Shown: in pieces, positions 1 to 7,312 of the stretch
Layout of the letters: each line of letters begins with the position of its first letter
Position numbering within the stretch: the first letter of the stretch is position 1
Origin: Bdellovibrio sp.
GTDB taxonomy: Bacteria > Bdellovibrionota > Bdellovibrionia > Bdellovibrionales > Bdellovibrionaceae
DNA length: 17,920 nt
NCBI GenBank assembly: GCA_046318155.1
Contig: JBKCUU010000084.1
Span: 1 to 17,920, forward strand
Reading direction: 5' to 3'
The notes under the pieces: generated by a model
Seen by the model: the letters and a program-made list of their open reading frames with translations, nothing else
Database searches by the model: none
What the model was told of the DNA's origin: nothing
Made by a program: the position numbers and the translations under genes

Positions 1-793
1 CTTGCTTGGGATTGTGCTTTTTGAGGATCGAGAGCAAGTGGCCAGGTTTGTCGTCTTGCCCGACGTGATAAATTTCGTCTTTCACGTTTTCGGCTTTTGC
101 TTGGTCTTTGCTGACGTTGATTTCGATGGGCTCAGCACCAAACATATAAGCCGTGTTCAAAACGTCAAAATTTAGTGTCGCACTGAACACCAAAAACTGG
201 CGCTCGCGGGGAACTCTTTGCAAGATGAACTTCATGTCGTCTTTAAAGCCCATGTCGAACATGCGATCGGCCTCGTCAAACACGATGGCGCGAACTTGTT
301 TGAGATCAATGATGTGTTCTTTGTAGAGGTCAATTAAACGACCGGGCGTGGCGACAACAAACTCAACACCTTGCTGGATGCCTTCTTTTTGTTTGTCGTA
401 GCTGGTGCCACCGTAAATTGAAACGCCGCGAAGGCCGGCGAACTCACCGTACTTCACCACGTTTTCAAAAACCTGCTCGGCCAACTCACGTGTGGGGACA
501 AGCACCAAGATAAAGTTCTGGCTGCGCCAGTCGGTAAAACCACGAGCCGCTGCCAACTCTTTTTCTTCGTCAGTTGAAGTTTCAGCCAAAGCTCGTGATC
601 GGAGAATGCGCTCCATCAAGGGCAAAACAAAAGCGGCGGTTTTGCCCGTTCCGGTTTGAGCTAAGCCCGAAACGTCTTTCTTTTCGAGAACCAGCGGCAT
701 GGCTTGCTCTTGGATGGGCGTGGTTTCGGTGTAGCCCATCTTTTCGATGGCGGCCTGAAGAGTCGAATGGAGGCGAAAGTCTGCAAATTTCAA
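1..793 (-). CDS. DEAD-box RNA helicase (RhlB/RhlE-like), 3' end truncated by window edge
   Basis: Manual translation from TTG at 793, with SD GAGGA 7 nt upstream: MKFADFRLHSTLQAAIEKMGYTETTPIQEQAMP (Q motif), AQTGTGKT (motif I), PTRELAEQV (Ia), TPGRL, DEADRMFDMGF (II), FSAT (III). No stop before the window edge, so absent from the ORF track. Confidence 0.95.
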   Translation of the reverse strand, partial: MKFADFRLHSTLQAAIEKMGYTETTPIQEQAMPLVLEKKDVSGLAQTGTGKTAAFVLPLMERILRSRALAETSTDEEKELAAARGFTDWRSQNFILVLVPTRELAEQVFENVVKYGEFAGLRGVSIYGGTSYDKQKEGIQQGVEFVVATPGRLIDLYKEHIIDLKQVRAIVFDEADRMFDMGFKDDMKFILQRVPRERQFLVFSATLNFDVLNTAYMFGAEPIEINVSKDQAKAENVKDEIYHVGQDDKPGHLLSILKKHNPKQ

Positions 794-814
794 AGTGGTT
801 TCCTCAAAAGCGCC

Positions 815-843
815 AAGCTACGGGAGGCTCTGGCGAAAGTCAA
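815..843 (-). promoter_or_regulatory. Putative sigma70 promoter of the helicase gene
   Basis: Minus strand reads TTGACT-17 nt-TAGCTT in the 57-bp gap upstream of the helicase SD. Confidence 0.55.
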
Positions 844-850
844 AAATGAT

Positions 851-1702
851 TCAAGAACTAGCAAACAGGAGTAAGACCCGCAAAAACTCGTCGGGCTGAT
901 CAGAATGCACCCAGTGCCCTGCGTTAGGGATCACAACACCCTCGATTTTGGGATTCGACGCTACCATGCGATCAAAGGTGCCTTGAGTCAATTCGCTGGA
1001 GTTGGCCCCTCGGATCACTAAAGTCGGCATCGCGAGCGCTTCTAGCTCGGCCCAGTGGTCGATCGCACGCCCCTGGGTCACGCTCAAAAACATCGCCTCT
1101 TTCGAGAAGCGCCAATCGGCCTGGCCGCTTTCTGTATCGACGATGTTGGAGTACAAGTATTGACCCAGAGTTTGGGCGTTTCCTCGAGCAAAACCCAGCT
1201 TGGGAAACTCATTTAGAAAGAATTCTTTGGCTGCAAGCTTGCTCGAAAAGGGCGTCGGCACCGAATCGAGCAAACGCTTATAGTAGTCGACCGCATCGGG
1301 CTTGGCCTCGGGGCCAATGTCCTCAATTACCAGCTTACGCACGCGCTCGGGAAATTTAGCCGCCGAGATGAGAGCGTTGCGCCCTCCCATCGAGTGACCG
1401 ACCAAGATAAAACTGTCCCATCCGACTTCGCGCATGATGAGTTCTAGATCATCGGCATAATCTTCGGGTGCGTAACCTGTGAGCGGTTTCCAAGATTTTC
1501 CATGTCCCCTTTGATCAAAGACGAAAGCAATGTCATCCTGCTGAAGTCCGCTGGCAATGCGCCGCCAATTGAGACCGTAGCCCAAGAGCCCGTGCAAAAA
1601 AACGAAGCGGCGAAATTTGGGATTGTGCATGTCATCGGGACCCAACGGTTTTCCCGCGGGCCGAATAAATTGATAATTGAACTGAGCTAGATAGGATGAC
1701 AT
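851..1702 (-). CDS. Alpha/beta-fold hydrolase, YbfF/ABHD11-like esterase (~283 aa)
   Basis: FLHGLLG oxyanion loop, DQRGHGKS, GHSMGG nucleophile elbow, EDIGP, AGHWVHSDQP catalytic His. Start moved to ATG 1702 (MSSYLAQF) to avoid overlap with pcnB. Confidence 0.9.
   Translation of the reverse strand: MSSYLAQFNYQFIRPAGKPLGPDDMHNPKFRRFVFLHGLLGYGLNWRRIASGLQQDDIAFVFDQRGHGKSWKPLTGYAPEDYADDLELIMREVGWDSFILVGHSMGGRNALISAAKFPERVRKLVIEDIGPEAKPDAVDYYKRLLDSVPTPFSSKLAAKEFFLNEFPKLGFARGNAQTLGQYLYSNIVDTESGQADWRFSKEAMFLSVTQGRAIDHWAELEALAMPTLVIRGANSSELTQGTFDRMVASNPKIEGVVIPNAGHWVHSDQPDEFLRVLLLFASS
1670..1697 (+). promoter_or_regulatory. Candidate sigma70 promoter for pcnB inside the 5' end of the esterase gene
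   Basis: TTGATA-16 nt-TAGGAT, ending 15 nt before the pcnB ATG. Confidence 0.4.
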
Positions 1703-1712
1703 AAACAGGCCG

Positions 1713-2861
1713 ATGCAAGTTAAATCAAAACCCGCCCTCCACGCAAGCTGGATTGACGACCGAGCTAAAGACGTTGTCAAAAGACTCCAAAGCCGAGGCT
1801 TTAAAGCCTACTTGGTTGGTGGCTGCGTGCGCGATTTACTGGTCGGCATCCACCCCAAAGATTTTGATATCGCCACCTCAGCTCTTCCGAATGAAGTCAA
1901 AAAAAATATCCCGGGCAGCTACGTCATTGGTCGCCGCTTCAGGCTTGTCCTTGTCAAACGCGGCTTGGATCAGTTTGAAGTTGCCACCTTTCGCCGCGCA
2001 AGCCGCCCCGAGGACTTTACTGAACTCATCGACGAAGATGCACCCGCACCTTCCGGCGATAATTTTTTTGGAACTCCTGAAGAGGACGCCCTTCGCCGTG
2101 ATTTTACCATCAACGCCATGTTTTACGACCCTGTCAGTGAAGAGCTGATCGACTTTGCGGGTGCGATGAACGATATCAAATCACAAACTTTACGCATGAT
2201 CGGCGATCCCGCTGAACGCATCAAAGAAGATCCCATCCGCTCGTTACGCGCGATCCGTTTTGCTCACAAATTGGGTTTTCGTATCGAGGCCTCGCTCCGA
2301 GAGGCCATCACAAAGCACACCGCTGAAGTCGGAGCTGCGATCCTGCCTCGCCGCCGCGAAGAGTTTTTGAAATTGCTGCGACTCAAAGAACCCTCGCGTG
2401 CTTTTTTTGAGCTGTGGGACTTAGGCCTGATCCACACCTGTTTCCCCACGCTGGTTGCCATTTTTGAAGATTCTGAGCGTCTCGAAATTTTTATGCATTA
2501 TCTGGATCGTATGGACGACTTGGTTTGGAACAAAGATCAAACCGTTGAGCTTTACGTGCCGCTCGTCTTGGCTTTTGCACAGGCGTCAAAAGGCTTGGCT
2601 GATTTTGAACAACGCCGTGATCGGTTTTTTAGAGACGAGATCGGCTTGTTTAAATCAGAAGCGACCGAAATTTTGTACGCCTTTGAAACAAAAGACAAAC
2701 TGCACTCGATTGAGTCGTTTAAAAAACGCGGCAGCCGCCGCCAAGCGGCTTTTTTAAGTCAACCTTCACTGCCACTCGCTTTTCGCGTGGCGACCTTTGA
2801 ACGCGAACTGGCCCCTGGGGAGTTTTGGTTCTGGCACGACAAACTCAACGCAGACCATTGA
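1713..2861 (+). CDS. pcnB: Poly(A) polymerase I (class II nucleotidyltransferase)
   Basis: LVGGCVRDLL..PKDFDIAT, the PAP-specific signature VIGRRFRLVLV, EVATFR, DNFFGT, DALRRDFTINAMFY, EDPIRSLRAIRF. Confidence 0.92.
   Translation: MQVKSKPALHASWIDDRAKDVVKRLQSRGFKAYLVGGCVRDLLVGIHPKDFDIATSALPNEVKKNIPGSYVIGRRFRLVLVKRGLDQFEVATFRRASRPEDFTELIDEDAPAPSGDNFFGTPEEDALRRDFTINAMFYDPVSEELIDFAGAMNDIKSQTLRMIGDPAERIKEDPIRSLRAIRFAHKLGFRIEASLREAITKHTAEVGAAILPRRREEFLKLLRLKEPSRAFFELWDLGLIHTCFPTLVAIFEDSERLEIFMHYLDRMDDLVWNKDQTVELYVPLVLAFAQASKGLADFEQRRDRFFRDEIGLFKSEATEILYAFETKDKLHSIESFKKRGSRRQAAFLSQPSLPLAFRVATFERELAPGEFWFWHDKLNADH
1717..1746 (-). promoter_or_regulatory. Candidate sigma70 promoter for the esterase inside the 5' end of pcnB
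   Basis: Minus strand reads TTGCGT-18 nt-TAACTT, ending 14 nt before ATG 1702. Confidence 0.35.
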
Positions 2862-2881
2862 GCCCTGGCACCAGCAAGCAG

Positions 2882-2897
2882 CGAAGTTTAAACTTCG
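2882..2897. terminator. Perfect 16-bp palindrome between convergent genes (possible hairpin or terminator)
   Basis: CGAAGTTTAAACTTCG is self-complementary and lies between the pcnB stop (2861) and the repeat-protein stop (2922). There is no adjacent U tract. Confidence 0.4.
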
Positions 2898-2921
2898 TAC
2901 CGCAGGTGGCGAACGCAAAAA

Positions 2922-5060
2922 TTAATTTCCGCCACCACCCTCAAATTGTGACGGCACCTCTTCAACGGTCGACGAGGGTGGGTTGACAGGCGAGCCCCAG
3001 ATACTTCCGATAAAGGGCGGCCGATTGACTTGAGAGGCGCCGACCGCGTAAGGAGGGACGCCTAGGGGCGCGGCCCCATAGTGCCAGTAGAGCGGCCCGG
3101 GGCACCCAGAACCTTCACAACGAACTTGCTGTTGGCCATCACAAAGATAAGGGCAAGTCGTCTGATAAAATGTCGGCAACCATGTCCACAGCTCTGAAGG
3201 AACTTCGACCTGACAAGAGCCGTGAACGAAGGTTCCGCCCAACTGCCCGTTGTTGCAAACGCGATTTTCAGAGACACAATTTTGTCCGTACGGAACGACG
3301 GCCGACGCAAAAGCCAATGTCGATTGAGTGTGTGAAATCGTGGATCCATTAAATTGACAAGACAAGGGCTGCTCCGCTTGGCAACTCAGGCTCGTGGCAG
3401 AGCCCGACAAAACACCATTGTCGCAAGTTCGCTTTTGTGGCATGCAGGTCTTACCAAAAGGGACACTCGCCGAGCTGTAAGCCGTGATGTCCCCGCCGTG
3501 CTTGATCTGCACACCGTTGAGCGAGCAATCCGCCGGCGCTAACGGTTGGCAAGCTGCCGCCTGGTGGCTTCCAGACAAAACTCCATTTGTACAGGATCGC
3601 AACTCCTTCGCGCATGACTGACCAAACGGGACCGAGCTTGAAGCAAAGGCTTCTACGCTCTGGCCATGCTCAATTGATTCAAGACCGAAGACGCAAGTTT
3701 TGGCAGGACCAACAACACAGGCTGCGAACTCAGCCGTCCCCGTTAAGCTACCATCTACACAAGTCCTTGTTTGCTTCAGGCACTCAGATCCGAATGGGAC
3801 TGAGGCTTGGGCGTAACCGTCGATTGTTGAATTGTGGACGACTTTAACACCGTTAAACAAACAGGCTTTCGCCTCGGTAACCTGACAGCTGAGAAAAGTT
3901 GCTGAGCCACTTAGAGTTCCGTCATTGCAAGACCGGTTTTCCGACTCGCAGGTCTTTCCGAAAGGGACACTCGCGGCAAAATAGGCCACGACGGCTGCAC
4001 CATGGGGTGTGACTTGATCGTTTAATCTGCAAGTTTTTGCTGGCAGGATTTGACAACTGCCCGCCTGTCCAGATCCACTGAGAACCCCGTTTTTGCAAAC
4101 TCTTGTGTCAGCTTGACATGTTTGACCGTAAGCCACTTCGCTGGCTGCATATGCGACAACGGACTCTCCCGAAGCCAACGTTCTCCCGTTAAAAAGACAC
4201 GACAACTCTTTCTCTGGTTCGCAATTCGCAAAGTCGCCAGAGCCAGAGAGCAGCCCATTCTGACAAGTTCTTTGACTTGAGATGCAGGTTTTTCCAAAAG
4301 GAACGCTCGAGCTTAGGAAGGCCGTCACGGATGCGCCCGAAACCACATTCTGTCCATTGAACTGGCAAGCCAAGGGCTGCCCTTTTACACATGAAGCAAA
4401 GGCAAATGAGCCCGAAAGCTGACCGTTCAGGCAACTGCGAACTTGCGATTTGCATAGGGCTCCCGGCTCCACATTAGACCGCTCGTAAGCGACGACGGAC
4501 CCGCCCGACTCAATCGCTTGACCCTGAAAAAGACAGGCCTTGGGACCGGATTCGTTGCAACTGGGAAAACTGTAAGAACCCGACAGCACGCCATCGCGGC
4601 AAATCCGCTCTTGAGGCTCGCACTGTTCAGCGCTGGAGTTCATGTAAGCCGTGACTGATTCGCCATCTTGGATCGTGACACCATTAAACAAACATGCTTG
4701 AGCAGGTCCAGGCGAACACGTCGCAAAAAGAAACGAACCCGACAAAGAGCCTTTTTCACATGTTCTCTGCTCCTCGCGACAGGCCTGGTTCGCCTGGGCT
4801 GACGAATTCAAAAAGGCCGTGACAGATGACCCTTCAGGAACGACGGCACCGTTAAAGAGGCAAGGCGGCACAGTCACAGAGCCGCAATTTGAACCCTCTG
4901 TGCAGGAAAGCGAAGAAAGGCTCAGACCCTGCTCATTCATGCTTTCAAATCGGACCGGAGAACAGTTCTGATAAAACAGCGCAGAGCTCAAACCCAAAAA
5001 AATGAGTGCAACTTTTAGAAATAGTGAACGGCCAGGTAAAAACCTAAAAAGATTCCCCAT
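2922..5060 (-). CDS. Secreted, probably lipid-anchored cysteine-rich tandem-repeat surface protein (~712 aa)
   Basis: Basic N-terminus and hydrophobic stretch ending LFYQNC, then 10 four-Cys repeats and a Pro/Gly/aromatic C-terminus. ATG 5060 is preferred over TTG 5102, which lies inside a sigma54-like motif. Confidence 0.88.
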   Translation of the reverse strand: MGNLFRFLPGRSLFLKVALIFLGLSSALFYQNCSPVRFESMNEQGLSLSSLSCTEGSNCGSVTVPPCLFNGAVVPEGSSVTAFLNSSAQANQACREEQRTCEKGSLSGSFLFATCSPGPAQACLFNGVTIQDGESVTAYMNSSAEQCEPQERICRDGVLSGSYSFPSCNESGPKACLFQGQAIESGGSVVAYERSNVEPGALCKSQVRSCLNGQLSGSFAFASCVKGQPLACQFNGQNVVSGASVTAFLSSSVPFGKTCISSQRTCQNGLLSGSGDFANCEPEKELSCLFNGRTLASGESVVAYAASEVAYGQTCQADTRVCKNGVLSGSGQAGSCQILPAKTCRLNDQVTPHGAAVVAYFAASVPFGKTCESENRSCNDGTLSGSATFLSCQVTEAKACLFNGVKVVHNSTIDGYAQASVPFGSECLKQTRTCVDGSLTGTAEFAACVVGPAKTCVFGLESIEHGQSVEAFASSSVPFGQSCAKELRSCTNGVLSGSHQAAACQPLAPADCSLNGVQIKHGGDITAYSSASVPFGKTCMPQKRTCDNGVLSGSATSLSCQAEQPLSCQFNGSTISHTQSTLAFASAVVPYGQNCVSENRVCNNGQLGGTFVHGSCQVEVPSELWTWLPTFYQTTCPYLCDGQQQVRCEGSGCPGPLYWHYGAAPLGVPPYAVGASQVNRPPFIGSIWGSPVNPPSSTVEEVPSQFEGGGGN
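3192..4862 (-). repeat. 10 degenerate coding repeats of ~168 bp (56 aa; second copy 53 aa)
   Basis: Consensus C-x-FNG-x5-G-x-SV-x-A[YF]-xx-SSVPFG-xx-C-x4-R-x-C-x-NG-x-LSGS-x5-C-x7, aligned by eye. Confidence 0.95.
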
Positions 5061-5091
5061 GGGATTGATGCTAGCATCTGACCTTGCTTGA

Positions 5092-5107
5092 AGCCAATCC
5101 AATGCCA
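5092..5107 (-). promoter_or_regulatory. Candidate sigma54 (-24/-12) promoter for the Cys-repeat gene
   Basis: Minus strand TGGCAT-TGGAT-TGGCT has exact GG-N10-GC spacing and 2 deviations from TGGCAC-N5-TTGCW. It lies ~30 nt upstream of ATG 5060. Confidence 0.45.
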
Positions 5108-5162
5108 GAGATTCCCATCCTAAAACAACACCGCCTCAAGACGGGACGTCGTGCCCTGGCCT

Positions 5163-7178
5163 TTAGCCTAACAAGCCTTGTGCGGCCTGAACAATCGCAG
5201 CCGAATCAATTTTATGTTTTTGATAGAGATCAATCGCATTGTAAGAACTTTGGCCAAACTCGCCGTGCACAGCCAACGTGCGAGCTCGCACTTGGTTCTT
5301 TCGATCGACCAGTTCGGCAACCAATCGCTGACCAAAGCCACCAATCAACTGATGATCCTCGACGGTCACCATCGCTGAATTTGTTTTTGCGAGAGCGGAT
5401 TCGATCGCGGCAAAATCCGGATGCGAATGCGCCGACGCGTGCATGACGATGCTGCCAATTTGTTTCTGGGCCAAAATTTGGCTGGCGATCAATGCCTGCG
5501 GAACCATGGAGCCCGAAGCCACAAGCAAAATATTTTTTGATTTGAGATCTTCTTTTAAAACTTGGGCTTCACCCAGCTTATAAGTCAAACCGGCTTTAAA
5601 GGTTCTCGGAAAACTCTCGCGGCCCAAGAAAAAAACTGTCGTGTCGGGCGTGCGACCCGCGGTCCGATCTTCGGCAAATTTTTCGACGGCTTGAGTAACG
5701 AGGGCTTCGGCTTCTTCACTTGAACTGAGGGTGAAGACTTTGAGGTGCGGAATTCCCATTGTCATCGACAAGTAGGTCAGCGACTGATGAGAAGCGCCGT
5801 CGGCCGCGTCTTGAAAACCGGTGTGGGAAAAAATGCAGATCATCGGCGCGAGCGAGAGCGAAGCCATCGTTAAAGGCAAAGCTCCTTTGGTCACTCCAAA
5901 TTGCGCAAAGGTATCAACAACTGGGATGTACCCAACTTTTGAAAATCCAGCGGCCGCCGAGATCATGTTGCTCTCGGCAACACCGACGTCAAAGGAGTCT
6001 TTGGGAAACTCTTTACGAAAGCCCGCAACACCTGTTGAACCGGGCAAGTCCGACGTCACAGAGACGACAGGCAAGCCTTTTTTACGGCAGGCGATCAAAG
6101 CGTTTGAAACACCAACTTGAACTTTTTCTTCAGGAGCCGCAGGCTGAGCCGCGTTGGCCTTTTGAGCCGTTTCGATTTTTTTGAGTTCTTCGATCCAGCC
6201 GGTGTATTCAGCATTCAATGGGCCGCCCTCAAGAATCTCTTCTAAGAACGCCGGAAGTTCAGTGGGGCTTTTCAGCGGAAAACCATGAGCTCCTGAAGAA
6301 GACTCGGCCGTCTTCTTGGTGCCGATTCCTTTGATGGTTTTGGCATGGATCGCAATGGGAACAGTCGGATCATTAATGGCGGCTTCGATCGAACTTGAAA
6401 TGGCGTCAAAACATTTTTGCAAATTATGACCATCTTGTAACTTCACAACTTTCCAGCCCAGTGTCTCGAGAGCCGCAAACGAAGGCGCCATCGAGTAACT
6501 GTCCTGATCAATACGGCCGGTGAGCTTGGTGTTGTTATCACTGATGATCAAAACAAAAGGTGCAAGCTTTCCAAGCTTAGCCAGCCCCGGGATGGTGGCC
6601 ATCGCTTCGCGAGCTTCACCTTCCATGCAAGCGCCATCCGAGATCGCCGTAACCGTGACGCGTTTTGATCCCGCAAAGTGATCGGCCATCGCCAAACCTT
6701 GCGATTGCGGAAACGCAGAACCCAAAGGGCCATTTGAAATTTGGACGCCCTTTGGAAACAAGTGCGCCTCCCCGTGACCGGTCAAAACACTTTCGATCGA
6801 ACGAAATTTCTTGAGGTCCTCAACCTTGAGATCGGCAAAGCCGTAGTTAGCCTTCAAGGCATACAAACCATTTTCGCAATGACCGGCATCGTTCACCAAG
6901 TGAAACAGTTCGTGCCAAGCTTTTCCCACCTTGGCTGCTTTCCAGAAAACATAACCATGCAGGGCTGACATCAATTCGGCAAAGGCCGCGGGGCCACCGT
7001 AATGCGAAGCGGCTCCGCCCAAGACTGCATTCATATCCATGAGCGAAACGAGGGCTCTTGTTGCCTTGGGATCCGCGACTTTGATGGGCTTGCCTTCAGG
7101 CCCTTGGACTTCGACCGAATAGGTCGGATCACGCTGAGGGTTACCGGCCAGTGGGGAGGTCAAGTTGAGAGGATTCAT
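5163..7178 (-). CDS. tkt: Transketolase, single chain, divergent (~671 aa)
   Basis: SHYGG, DAGH, TGHGE, GPLG, ThDP-binding SDGACMEG...DNN, HGFPL, SDLPGST, GVAESNM, DGASHQ, VTVEDH..IGGFG. SD GGAG 9 nt before ATG 7178; alternative start 7193. Confidence 0.85.
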   Translation of the reverse strand: MNPLNLTSPLAGNPQRDPTYSVEVQGPEGKPIKVADPKATRALVSLMDMNAVLGGAASHYGGPAAFAELMSALHGYVFWKAAKVGKAWHELFHLVNDAGHCENGLYALKANYGFADLKVEDLKKFRSIESVLTGHGEAHLFPKGVQISNGPLGSAFPQSQGLAMADHFAGSKRVTVTAISDGACMEGEAREAMATIPGLAKLGKLAPFVLIISDNNTKLTGRIDQDSYSMAPSFAALETLGWKVVKLQDGHNLQKCFDAISSSIEAAINDPTVPIAIHAKTIKGIGTKKTAESSSGAHGFPLKSPTELPAFLEEILEGGPLNAEYTGWIEELKKIETAQKANAAQPAAPEEKVQVGVSNALIACRKKGLPVVSVTSDLPGSTGVAGFRKEFPKDSFDVGVAESNMISAAAGFSKVGYIPVVDTFAQFGVTKGALPLTMASLSLAPMICIFSHTGFQDAADGASHQSLTYLSMTMGIPHLKVFTLSSSEEAEALVTQAVEKFAEDRTAGRTPDTTVFFLGRESFPRTFKAGLTYKLGEAQVLKEDLKSKNILLVASGSMVPQALIASQILAQKQIGSIVMHASAHSHPDFAAIESALAKTNSAMVTVEDHQLIGGFGQRLVAELVDRKNQVRARTLAVHGEFGQSSYNAIDLYQKHKIDSAAIVQAAQGLLG

Positions 7179-7312
7179 GCGCGCGGACTCCATTCAGAAT
7201 TGAGCGTCTTTTTAAGTGCCATTCTCCCTGCAGTTTTAAAATGACATTCCGAGAGACTGTTTTTAGTGTCGGGACGCCCTCTTTATCCTTCTCCGGCCAA
7301 AGCGAGGTCAAG

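Noticed and set aside
574..849. 91-aa + strand ORF
   Set aside because: Antisense to the DEAD-box helicase and has no recognisable motifs.
1703..1780. N-terminal extension of the esterase in the ORF track
   Set aside because: It overlaps pcnB on the opposite strand; ATG 1702 gives a normal-length protein.
2922..3191. Possible DGR variable region at the C-terminus of the repeat protein
   Set aside because: No reverse transcriptase or template repeat is visible in the window.
3192..4862. CRISPR-like or non-coding repeat array
   Set aside because: The repeats are degenerate at DNA level, in frame and conserved at protein level. There are no identical repeats with spacers and no cas genes.
7175..7222. 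Short upstream ORF MALKKTLNSEWSPRA on the minus strand, overlapping the tkt start (ATGA)
   Set aside because: Its SD-like GGGAG is too close to the ATG, it shows no leader-peptide signature, and tkt has its own SD.
7241..7312. N-terminal extension of pip
   Set aside because: Family similarity begins at MRDFYPEI and the SD GAGG precedes 7313/7316.
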